64,000 nt of DNA. Origin: Bacteroidales bacterium (lineage in GTDB: Bacteria > Bacteroidota > Bacteroidia > Bacteroidales > VadinHA17). The position numbers were made by a program, and so were the translations under genes. The notes beneath the pieces were generated by a model. The model was not told the DNA's origin and ran no database searches. It saw only the letters and a list, made by a program, of their open reading frames with translations. The stretch lies in contig JAGGWN010000117.1 of NCBI GenBank assembly GCA_021157415.1, positions 844 to 64,843 of the forward strand. Reading direction: 5' to 3'. Within the stretch, counting starts at the first letter, position 1, and the number at the start of each line of letters is the position of its first letter. Shown here in pieces: positions 56,354 through 64,000 of this stretch.

Positions 56354-56848
56354 GTGTATGCCGTCATCGACATAGAAACCACCGGACTGAGTCCGCGCAA
56401 GGAGAAGATTACCGAGATTGCATTGTTTCTGACGGATGGAAAACGAATTGTGAACGAATTTTCCACCCTGATCAATCCGGAGCGGCCCATACCTTATTAT
56501 ATTACGCGTCTGACAGGTATCACGGATGAAATGGTGGCGGAGGCCCCGAAGTTTTACGAGGTGGCCCGGACGCTGGTGGAGATGACGGAAGGCACTGTTT
56601 TTACCGCCCATAACGCCCGTTTTGATTATGGCTTTGTCCGGGAGGAGTTCCGCCAACTGGGTTACCCTTACGAAAGGGAGATCATGGATACGTTGCGGTG
56701 GAGCCGGCGGTTGTTGCCGGGTCATCCTTCCTATAGCCTGGGAAGACTGTGCCATGCTTTGGGCATCCATGTCAACGGGCGTCACCGTGCAGCCGGCGAT
56801 GCCCTGGCCACGGTACATCTTTTGCATCATCTGCTGGAAATCACATAA
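56354..56848 (+). CDS. DnaQ-like 3'-5' exonuclease domain protein (DEDDh), apparently lacking a C-terminal partner domain
   Basis: ExoI YAVIDIETTG, ExoII FTAHNARFDYGF and ExoIII GRHRAAGDALAT. The stop comes 10 codons after ExoIII. The start is uncertain: GTG 56354 gives MYAVIDIETTG, and alternatives are ATG 56282 and TTG 56264. Confidence 0.8.
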   Translation: MYAVIDIETTGLSPRKEKITEIALFLTDGKRIVNEFSTLINPERPIPYYITRLTGITDEMVAEAPKFYEVARTLVEMTEGTVFTAHNARFDYGFVREEFRQLGYPYEREIMDTLRWSRRLLPGHPSYSLGRLCHALGIHVNGRHRAAGDALATVHLLHHLLEIT

Positions 56849-56868
56849 ATCTTCATTCCCTCCGGGTA

Positions 56869-57262
56869 GAATAACGAACAAGGATCAGCGATTTTCGATT
56901 TGCGAAGTATGCTGCGACTTTGCCGCGTAATTAGCTTGCTGCGCAAGCGACATAAAGCCATTACATGGCTGTCATTTGCCGCTCTGATGCGGCGTTTGAT
57001 GTTTAAGTATTGTGATTTGTAAATTATTTGGAATTTGGAATTTGACTATTGGAATTTTCTTTCAGTTCCTGACAGGGCGGAGAGAATAACGAACAAGGAT
57101 CAACGATTTTCGATTTGCGAAGTTTGCTGCGGCGTTTGATGTTTAAGTATTGTGATTTGTAAATTATTTGGAATTTGGAATCTGACTATTGGAATTTTCT
57201 TTCAGTTCCTGACAGGGCGGAGAGAATAACGAACAAGGATCAACGATTTTCGATTTGCGAAG
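56869..57262. repeat. Tandem intergenic repeat with a 140-bp period (three copies of a 39-bp segment, two full 140-bp units)
   Basis: GAATAACGAACAAGGATCA(G/A)CGATTTTCGATTTGCGAAG occurs at 56869-56907, 57084-57122 and 57224-57262. The 101-bp segments between them (57123-57223 versus the end of 56908-57083) differ at one base. The first unit carries an extra 75 bp. Confidence 0.95.
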
Positions 57263-57759
57263 AATTCGATATTCAATTTTCCCGGTAAATCCCGGAGGAC
57301 TGGCATGATCATACTGTCAGATAATTATTTCAGGGAAAAGTAAATCCAAATTATGATTTTGAACATTGGGAGCCCTCAGTGTATCCAGAATGGTTTCTTC
57401 CTGAATGGACAACAAATCACACTATAGCAATTCATACTACTTCGGTGGTCCCTGACTCCTTAAATGCTTATCACGGCCAGTATGCAATGACATACAAAAC
57501 ACCGGCTTTGTAAGAGCGACGATAACCGGTCCGTGCGGGAATACCAGCGTCCTGAAAAATTTACGGATAGGATGTCTTGGCACCGGCCGGCCCCTTCAGT
57601 GGCCGGTTTGAACGGAGATAAACCATCGCCACAGCCCGGGGGCCGGAAGGGGTTTTCTGCCGTAATGTCAGCCTCTTTATTCTGGCATACGATTTGATTC
57701 TCCCCCGGCGTAAATCATGAGAACAAATTAAACTGGTTAAACTAAAAAAATAAAAAGAT

Positions 57760-59805
57760 ATGCAGAAGTCTCAGATCAATGTTACCACGGAGAACATTTT
57801 CCCCGTCATCAAAAAATTCCTCTATTCCGACCACGAGATCTTTTTAAGGGAACTGATCTCCAATGCCGTAGATGCTACGCTGAAGTTGAAGACCCTGGCA
57901 GCCGTGGGGGATTTCAAGGAAGAGCTCGGTGACCTGACCATCCGGGTGAAACTGGATAAAAAGAAAAAGACCCTGACAGTCTCTGACCGGGGCGTGGGTA
58001 TGACTGCTGAAGAGATTGATAAATTTATCAACCAGATCGCTTTGTCAGGTGCCGAAGAGTTCCTGGAAAAATATAAAAAAGATGCCAATGCCATCATCGG
58101 ACATTTCGGACTTGGTTTTTACTCTACGTTCATGGTCTCCAAAAAGGTCGAGATCATTACAAAATCGTGGCGGCCGGACACCAAAGCCGTAAAATGGTCC
58201 TGTGAAGGGAACCCCGAGGTGGTCCTTGATGAGGTGGACAAAAAAGACCGGGGTACGGATGTGGTCCTGTATTTTGATGATGAGTCGAAAGAATTTCTCG
58301 AAGAGAGCCGGATCGAAGAGATCCTGAATAAATATTGCCGGTACCTGCCGGTGGAGATTGCTTTTGGCAAGGAAAAGGAGTGGAAAGATGGCAAAATGAT
58401 CGAAACCGGGAAAGACCGGATCATTAACAATACCCGGCCCATCTGGATCCGGAAACCTTCGGAACTGAAACATGAAGATTATATCAATTTTTATAAAGAG
58501 CTTTATCCCACACAGGAAGATCCCCTTTTCTATATCCATCTGAATGTGGATTATCCGTTTACCCTGACCGGCATCCTTTATTTCCCGAAAATCAAAAATC
58601 AGTTTGAAATCCAGAAAAACAAAATCCAGCTTTATTGCAACCAGGTCTTTGTTACCGACTCGGTTGAAGGCATCGTGCCTGAATTTCTGACCCTGTTGCA
58701 CGGAGTGCTGGATTCACCGGACATCCCGCTGAATGTCTCCAGAAGTTATCTGCAGAGCGACTCGAATGTGAAGAAAATATCCAGTCACATCACCAGGAAA
58801 GTAGCCGACCGTTTGCAGGATATATTTAAAAACGACCGGAAAGAGTTTGAGAAGAAATGGGATGATCTCAAACTGTTCATCGAATACGGGATGATGACGG
58901 AGGATAAGTTTTATGAGAAAGCCGGGAAGTTTGCATTGTTGAAAAATACGGAAGGCAAATATTTTACCTTTGAAGAGTACAAAAACCTGATCAGGGAAAA
59001 CCAGACGGATAAGCACAAGAACCTGATCTATCTGTATGCTACGGATAAGGAAGAGCAATATACGTTCATTGATGCTGCCCGCTCGAAAGGATATGATGTG
59101 CTGCTGATGGACGGTCAGTTGGATGTGCATTTCCTGAACCATCTGGAGACCAAGTTTAAGGACAGCCGCTTTGTCAGGGTGGACTCGGATGTGATAGACA
59201 AGTTGATCGAAAAGGAAGATTTGGGCGAATCGAAGCTGACTGAAGAAGAGAAGGAAGATCTCCGTGAAGTATTCCTGAGTGCAATCCCCGAGCGGGATAA
59301 GTTTATGGTGGTTTTCGAGAACCTGAGCGAAACGGACAGTCCCGTGATGATCACACAATCGGAGTTTATGCGGAGGATGAAGGATATGTCGGCCCTGGGT
59401 GGAGAAACCGGTATATACGGGAATCTCCCGGATAGCTTCAATCTGGTAATCAATGCCAACCATCCGCTGGTGAAAAAAGTGATGGAGGAGAAAGAAAAGA
59501 AAACAGGGACACGTATCTCAAAGATCAAAGAGAAGATAGAACCTTTGAAGAAGACCAGGGAGGAGCTGGAGAAAGCCAACAAGGATAAGAAAGAAGAGGA
59601 GATTCCCCAGGCAGATAAAGACAGGATCAGCGAACTGGAGAAGAAGATCGGTGAGTATGATGAAAAACGGAAGACAATCCTTCGGGACTATGCTGCCAAG
59701 AGCAAACGGGTACGTCAGATGATCGACCTGGCGCTGCTGGCCAATAACATGCTACGTGGAGAAAAACTCAATGCGTTTGTGAAACGCAGTATTGAGTTGC
59801 TGTAG
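57760..59805 (+). CDS. htpG: Molecular chaperone HtpG (Hsp90 family)
   Basis: N-terminal GHKL ATPase motifs (YSDHEIFLRELISNAVDA, DRGVGMT, IGHFGLGFYS), 681 aa in length, and a full middle domain and C-terminal domain. Confidence 0.97.
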   Translation: MQKSQINVTTENIFPVIKKFLYSDHEIFLRELISNAVDATLKLKTLAAVGDFKEELGDLTIRVKLDKKKKTLTVSDRGVGMTAEEIDKFINQIALSGAEEFLEKYKKDANAIIGHFGLGFYSTFMVSKKVEIITKSWRPDTKAVKWSCEGNPEVVLDEVDKKDRGTDVVLYFDDESKEFLEESRIEEILNKYCRYLPVEIAFGKEKEWKDGKMIETGKDRIINNTRPIWIRKPSELKHEDYINFYKELYPTQEDPLFYIHLNVDYPFTLTGILYFPKIKNQFEIQKNKIQLYCNQVFVTDSVEGIVPEFLTLLHGVLDSPDIPLNVSRSYLQSDSNVKKISSHITRKVADRLQDIFKNDRKEFEKKWDDLKLFIEYGMMTEDKFYEKAGKFALLKNTEGKYFTFEEYKNLIRENQTDKHKNLIYLYATDKEEQYTFIDAARSKGYDVLLMDGQLDVHFLNHLETKFKDSRFVRVDSDVIDKLIEKEDLGESKLTEEEKEDLREVFLSAIPERDKFMVVFENLSETDSPVMITQSEFMRRMKDMSALGGETGIYGNLPDSFNLVINANHPLVKKVMEEKEKKTGTRISKIKEKIEPLKKTREELEKANKDKKEEEIPQADKDRISELEKKIGEYDEKRKTILRDYAAKSKRVRQMIDLALLANNMLRGEKLNAFVKRSIELL

Positions 59806-59821
59806 TGATGGATATTCCGGA

Positions 59822-59858
59822 ATCAGCCGGTGATGCAAATCACCGGCTGATTTATTTT
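59822..59858. terminator. Strong hairpin terminator between convergent htpG and a hypothetical gene
   Basis: ATCAGCCGGTGAT (59822-59834), a GCAA loop, then ATCACCGGCTGAT (59839-59851). The 13-bp stem is perfect and is followed on the plus strand by TTATTTT. Confidence 0.7.
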
Positions 59859-60378
59859 AAAAAATCCGGTTCACTTCTGTTTTAAGAAATTCGATGGCAG
59901 CCTGGGTAGGCTGTTTCTCCATCTCCATCAGCTCTTCCATCAGGCTTTTGCTGTACTCCAAAGCCGGAGCATCCGGCTTGAATTTCTCGTACATGGTGTT
60001 GATGATCTTTAACATATTGGCCCGTGCATTCTTGATCACTTCCCAGCCATTGGCAGAGATATACAACTGCTGTGACAGGTTGTGCTCATATTCCGAGCGG
60101 ATGGCCTGAAGCATCTCCTGGTGCAGTTGTTGGGCGGTCATACCCGGCCGGTTGACCCGCATGATCAGAGACTCGAGAGAAATACGCTCCAGAAAAAGGA
60201 TCAGGCGTTCATAAGCCTGTAGTTTTACCGGGGTGATGAGACGTTGGTTTTCCAATATGATATCCATCTTGTGTGCTTTGTCCTGTGACCTGACCATCTC
60301 CCTCAAAACAAAATAAGCTGCCAGAAAGACGATCAGAGCAGGTAGTGTATACTTCAATATTTCCAGTAAGGTATCCAT
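59857..60378 (-). CDS. Hypothetical membrane-anchored helical protein
   Basis: An N-terminal TM helix (LPALIVFLAAYFVL) followed by an all-helical-looking domain. The ATG at 60378 (MDTLLEILKY) is preferred, and the ORF track starts at 60414. No family was recognised. Confidence 0.5.
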   Translation of the reverse strand: MDTLLEILKYTLPALIVFLAAYFVLREMVRSQDKAHKMDIILENQRLITPVKLQAYERLILFLERISLESLIMRVNRPGMTAQQLHQEMLQAIRSEYEHNLSQQLYISANGWEVIKNARANMLKIINTMYEKFKPDAPALEYSKSLMEELMEMEKQPTQAAIEFLKTEVNRIF

Positions 60379-60668
60379 GGTATAAATTTTTATGCTAAGA
60401 TAATAAGATTTCATGCAGATTTTACAGATTTTGCAGATATGTTAACCGAATGCAGAGAATACAAATACGTTGGAACCTGGCATGGTCTGGTCCTGTCCGG
60501 AAACAAGCAGGCCGTAAAATCGCCATGGCAGGCAGAGCAATTTCCGCAGATGATACCTTTTTCACCTGGTGAATCATGTATCCCAAAGGGGGCTTCATCA
60601 AAAAAAAAGATTGAAAAAAAGCAGAGATAAAAAATAATTATATTTTTATCCGTTCTATAAGAAAATCC

Positions 60669-61700
60669 GTGCGTGTATTGAAAAAGTATCTGTATATCAT
60701 TGGGCCTGCTGTTTTTTTTCTGGTTTTTGCGTTGTTTTATGTTGTTACATGGATGCCCAATACAAACATACCGAAGGGAGAAGGCAGGGTTGTCCTGCTG
60801 CCTTCCGGCGTTGATTACGAAGAAGTCCTGGATATTCTGAAGAGGGATACGATCCTGCGGTATCCTGCTACTTTCGATTTTCTGGCCCGCCGGAAACATT
60901 ATCCCCGGTTTATTCATCCCGGCAGATATCTTTTCCGGGGAGGAATGAGCAATAACGAGATGGTGAATATGTTACGGGGCGGGTTTCAGCAACCCGTGAG
61001 GGTTACTATTCACAATGTCCGGACGAAAGAACAATTGGCAGGAGTGGTGGCTCATAAACTGGAGCTGGACTCGGCCGAACTGGTCCGGCTGCTGTCCGAT
61101 TCTGTTTTTGTGGCTGCTTTGGGCATGGATACATTCACGGTGATCAGTATTTTTTTACCGGACACCTATGAATTTTACTGGAACATCTCTGCCGAACAGT
61201 TTGTGAAGAAAATGTATAGGGAATATAAAAAGTTTTGGAATAAAAAACGACTGGAAGAAGCGGAACAGCTCGGCCTGACGCCGGTGGAGGTGATCACGCT
61301 GGCTTCCATTGTGCAGGAAGAAGCACTCCATAAAGACGAAATGTCCAGGATCACGGGGGTGTATCTGAACCGCCTGAAAAAGGGCATTCGTCTGCAGGCT
61401 GACCCTACGATCAAGTATGCCCTGAGGGATTTTGACAGACGGAGGATCATTACCAAAGACCTGCAGTATGATTCTCCTTACAATACATATAAGTTTGCCG
61501 GACTTCCTCCCGGCCCCATCAGGATTCCCTCAAAGGAAGCCATAGATGCCGTCCTTCATGCAGAGAAACATCCGTACCTGTACTTTTGTGCAAAGGATGA
61601 CTTTTCAGGATATCATTATTTTTCCAGGACATTATCGGAGCACAACCGTTATGCCCGGAAATATCGCAGGGCGCTGAATAAGAAACGGATATACAGGTGA
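60669..61700 (+). CDS. mltG: Endolytic murein transglycosylase MltG (YceG-like)
   Basis: N-terminal TM anchor plus the YceG signature region ([42 protein letters not shown]...[14 protein letters not shown]). GTG start. Confidence 0.85.
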   Translation: MRVLKKYLYIIGPAVFFLVFALFYVVTWMPNTNIPKGEGRVVLLPSGVDYEEVLDILKRDTILRYPATFDFLARRKHYPRFIHPGRYLFRGGMSNNEMVNMLRGGFQQPVRVTIHNVRTKEQLAGVVAHKLELDSAELVRLLSDSVFVAALGMDTFTVISIFLPDTYEFYWNISAEQFVKKMYREYKKFWNKKRLEEAEQLGLTPVEVITLASIVQEEALHKDEMSRITGVYLNRLKKGIRLQADPTIKYALRDFDRRRIITKDLQYDSPYNTYKFAGLPPGPIRIPSKEAIDAVLHAEKHPYLYFCAKDDFSGYHYFSRTLSEHNRYARKYRRALNKKRIYR

Positions 61701-61705
61701 GGAAG

Positions 61706-61824
61706 GAGAGATGAGAGATGAGAGATGAGAAAGGAGAGATGAGAAATGAGAGATGAGAGATGAGAAATGAGAGGTGAGAGGTGAGAGAGGAGAGATGAGA
61801 AATGAGGAATGAGAGATGAGAAGG
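61706..61824. repeat. Heptanucleotide tandem repeat (GAGARAT)n, 17 units, polypurine on the plus strand
   Basis: Units read in order: GAGAGAT x3, GAGAAAG, GAGAGAT, GAGAAAT, GAGAGAT x2, GAGAAAT, GAGAGGT x2, GAGAGAG, GAGAGAT, GAGAAAT, GAGGAAT, GAGAGAT, GAGAAGG. The tract starts 6 nt after the mltG stop. Confidence 0.95.
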
Positions 61825-61933
61825 ATATTGATAATGTTTGGACAGAGAATGGCATAGTCTCTTTATGAAAAGATTCATTGAGTCACAATTAAATAAAAAA
61901 CTGTATATTTAAATCCGGTTCAGGAAAGAAGAA

Positions 61934-63361
61934 ATGGCAGATATAAAATTTGGTACCGATGGTTGGAGAGCGGTGATCGCCGAGAGTTTCACCGTGGATA
62001 ATGTGGCCCGGGTAGCCTGGGCGGTAGCCCGCTGGGTGGGCGGCAAGGAGGGTGAGGATAGTGTAGTGGTGGGATATGACACCCGTTTTGGGGGAAAGAT
62101 GTTTGCCGAGACCGTAGCCAAGGTGCTGACGATAAAAGGGATCAGGGTGTACCTGTCTCCCGATTTTGTGACTGCCCCCATGGTTTCCTATGGGGTGGTG
62201 GCCCTTAAAGCCAGGGCAGGTATCGTGATTACCGCCAGCCACAACCCTGCGCAGTATAATGGGATCAAACTGAAAGGACCTCACGGAGGCCCTCTGGATA
62301 ATCAGGAAACCAGAATCATTGAAAACCTTATCCCGGAAGAAAACGAGCTCAGCCTCGCAACCATACGATGGGACAGCAGCCTGCAAAAAGATAAGATCAT
62401 ATATACCGACCTTGAACAGATCTATTTGGAAAATATCCAAACACATTTTGACCTGGAGACACTCCGGAAAAGCGGATTGAAGCTGGCTTTTGATGCCATG
62501 TATGGCGCATCCCAGAATATCATACAGCGTTTGTTTCCGGAGGCCCGTTTTTTTCATTGCATGGTGAACCCGACTTTTTTCAATATCCCTCCGGAGCCAG
62601 ACCGGCCTTATCTGATGGAGTTCAGCGAAGCAATCAGAAAGAGCGGCAAGATTGACCTGGGTATTGCCATGGATGGCGATGGTGACAGGATCGCCCTGAT
62701 CGACCCGGAAGGCAATTATATTGACTCGCATCATATTATCCTGCTGCTTATCCTGTATCTGGCCGGATATAAGAAACTGAAGGGGAAGGTGGTGACCGGT
62801 TTTTCTTCCACCATTGAAGTGGAGAAACTGGCCGGACGCTACGGTCTGGAAACGGTACGTGTTCCTATCGGCTTTAAGGAAATCTCGGCGATCATGCGTA
62901 AAGAGACGGTGCTGGTCGGTGGAGAGGAGTCGGGAGGCTTCTCGGTGGTCTCACATATCCCCGAAAGGGATGGTGTCTGGGTGACTCTGACCATCATGCA
63001 GTTTATGGAAGAGACGGGAAAAGGGATCGGAGAGCTGTTGAAAGAGGTGGAGGCCATTACCGGCCCGTTTGTTTTCGGACGAGCCGATTTCAAAATGGCC
63101 CAGGAACAGATCCAGCGTATCCTGAAAAAATGTCGGACAGAAAGCTTTGCCAGATTTGGTGACTTTCAGGTATCTCATGAGGTGGCTTTTGACGGTTTCA
63201 AATATTTTTTCAATGATCATGAATGGCTGATGATCCGCTCTTCCGGCACCGAGTATCTGCTGCGTTTGTATGCCGAAGCGGAGACACAGGAACGAATGGA
63301 GTCCATCCTCAAAGCAGGCTACCATACGCTGATGGCGGATTCCGATAGCGAAAAATCCTGA
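61934..63361 (+). CDS. Alpha-D-phosphohexomutase family protein (phosphoglucomutase/phosphomannomutase)
   Basis: FGTDGWR at the N-terminus, the active-site loop TASHNPAQYNGIKL, the metal-binding AMDGDGDRIAL and the sugar-binding GGEESGG. Confidence 0.85.
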   Translation: MADIKFGTDGWRAVIAESFTVDNVARVAWAVARWVGGKEGEDSVVVGYDTRFGGKMFAETVAKVLTIKGIRVYLSPDFVTAPMVSYGVVALKARAGIVITASHNPAQYNGIKLKGPHGGPLDNQETRIIENLIPEENELSLATIRWDSSLQKDKIIYTDLEQIYLENIQTHFDLETLRKSGLKLAFDAMYGASQNIIQRLFPEARFFHCMVNPTFFNIPPEPDRPYLMEFSEAIRKSGKIDLGIAMDGDGDRIALIDPEGNYIDSHHIILLLILYLAGYKKLKGKVVTGFSSTIEVEKLAGRYGLETVRVPIGFKEISAIMRKETVLVGGEESGGFSVVSHIPERDGVWVTLTIMQFMEETGKGIGELLKEVEAITGPFVFGRADFKMAQEQIQRILKKCRTESFARFGDFQVSHEVAFDGFKYFFNDHEWLMIRSSGTEYLLRLYAEAETQERMESILKAGYHTLMADSDSEKS

Positions 63362-63406
63362 CTTACTCCAAACAGAAATGAACTACCTCGCAGCAAAGCT
63401 ATGAGG

Positions 63407-63487
63407 TATCACGAGGAATGATTTGTTTCCGACCCAGAGGGTCGGGGAATGAAACCCTTTCTTCTCGTCCGCCATAGCGGGACGCGA
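63407..63487. repeat. Dispersed ~80-nt intergenic element, copy X
   Basis: Homologous to 48418-48500. It contains the hairpin CCGACCC-AGA-GGGTCGG (63429-63445). It lies between the convergent phosphohexomutase and murB genes. Confidence 0.6.
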
Positions 63488-63495
63488 AGACGGAT

Positions 63496-64000
63496 TCAAA
63501 GAATCAGGACTTCCGGCTCCAATAGTACGGCAAACCGTTTATATACGCTTTTTTGTATGGCTCGTGAGAAGTCCAGTAACTCTTTGCCGGTAGCATCTCC
63601 AAGGTTGACAATCACCAAAGGCTGGCCATGCCATGTTGCACAAGGACCGGTTTGTTTTCCTTTCCAGCCGCATTGTTCGATCAGCCAGGCTGCCGGAATC
63701 TTGAAACGATCACCGGGAAGCGCATGCCATGGCATGTCAGGATAATCTGCCAGGAGGGTTTCCCGCTTTTCTTTGCTGACCACGGGGTTCTTGAAAAAAC
63801 TGCCGGCATTGCCTGTCTGTGCGGGATCGGGTAACTTGCTCCGGCGGATCCGCATCACGGCCTCACGGACGTCAAGGAGGTCAGGGTGGGAGATATGCTC
63901 TGTTGCCCGTGCCAGTTGCGGGTAGGAGAGATTCATCCGGGGTTGCAGCGATAAACGGAAACGTACCGAGGTGATAAAAAAAGACCGGAGAGCAGGGGTC
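63496..64000 (-). CDS. murB: UDP-N-acetylmuramate dehydrogenase, C-terminal part (5' end lies outside the window)
   Basis: MurB C-terminal domain motifs (GNAGSFFKNPVV, PAAWLIEQCGWKG, QPLVIVN). The reading frame stays open to the window edge. Confidence 0.85.
   Translation of the reverse strand, partial: TPALRSFFITSVRFRLSLQPRMNLSYPQLARATEHISHPDLLDVREAVMRIRRSKLPDPAQTGNAGSFFKNPVVSKEKRETLLADYPDMPWHALPGDRFKIPAAWLIEQCGWKGKQTGPCATWHGQPLVIVNLGDATGKELLDFSRAIQKSVYKRFAVLLEPEVLIL

Noticed and set aside
56869-57262. Possible CRISPR array, because a 39-bp sequence recurs three times.
   Set aside because: The sequences between the 39-bp copies are themselves repeated almost identically (140-bp period) instead of being unique spacers. 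There are only three copies and no cas genes in the window.
57262-57510. A stop-interrupted reading frame (EFDIQFSR*IPEDWHDHTVR*LFQGKVNPNYDFEHWEPSVYPEWFLPEW...TYKTPAL*) as a pseudogene remnant.
   Set aside because: I could not match it to any family, including the GIY-YIG domain that might be expected here. An open stretch of ~60 codons can arise by chance. It is mentioned only as context in the finding on the gap.
57630-57670. An SRP/4.5S-RNA-like CC-GGAA-GG tetraloop motif (GGGGGCCGGAAGGGG) upstream of htpG.
   Set aside because: The flanking sequence lacks the conserved domain IV symmetric and asymmetric loop nucleotides (the AGCA/GGAAGCAGC context). No extended helix could be drawn.
60411-60917. 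A 168-aa minus-strand ORF covering the divergent intergenic region and the 5' end of mltG.
   Set aside because: It overlaps the well-supported mltG start and the promoter region. Its composition is not protein-like and it has no motifs.
61519-61878. Minus-strand ORFs of 119 aa and 68 aa with the repetitive sequence [17 protein letters not shown].
   Set aside because: They are direct translations of the heptanucleotide (GAGARAT)n tract, and the first also overlaps the mltG 3' end. I treat them as repeat artefacts, not genes.
63449-63745. A 98-aa plus-strand ORF starting in the phosphohexomutase-murB intergenic region.
   Set aside because: It runs antisense through the murB 3' end and through repeat element X. 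Its composition is Arg/Ser-rich and not protein-like.

Overview
The window is a densely packed chromosomal segment that looks like Bacteroidota. Evidence for that call: many exact matches to the Bacteroidetes -7 promoter box TAnnTTTG sit 19-53 nt upstream of start codons, and the gene content fits (DUF3127, a fused 2-oxoacid dehydrogenase E1 alpha/beta, a Wza-Wzc pair, SPOR/OmpA/PD40 envelope proteins, and a COG1579 zinc-ribbon gene next to Nif3). I call about 50 protein genes. Most are housekeeping: alaS, htpG, purB, holA, mltG, murB (partial), amn, mnmD, a TRAP transporter dctPQM, nhaC, an MsbA-like ABC exporter, and several peptidases and acetyltransferases. I could not support any rRNA, tRNA, CRISPR array, transposase, integrase or recognisable defence system. 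The most unusual content is a 10.6-kb array (25011-35641, minus strand) of five tandem paralogues. Each encodes a signal peptide, a TPR region and a PD40/TolB-like beta-propeller. Each ends in a different C-terminal module: SPOR, none, OmpA, OmpA, or four 68-aa helical repeats plus a transmembrane anchor. Other items worth a second look: (1) a 0.9-kb noncoding gap after an apparently C-terminally short DnaQ-like exonuclease gene, which begins with a near-perfect 140-bp tandem repeat; (2) a 17-copy heptanucleotide (GAGARAT) polypurine tract between mltG and a phosphohexomutase gene; (3) an ~80-nt dispersed intergenic element present in at least two copies; (4) a strictly alternating Tyr-Gly tail on the Wzc kinase; (5) an SGNH-like lipoprotein with Asp at the nucleophile position, next to a TonB-dependent receptor. 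All functional calls rest on my reading of the translated ORFs. No database search was run.
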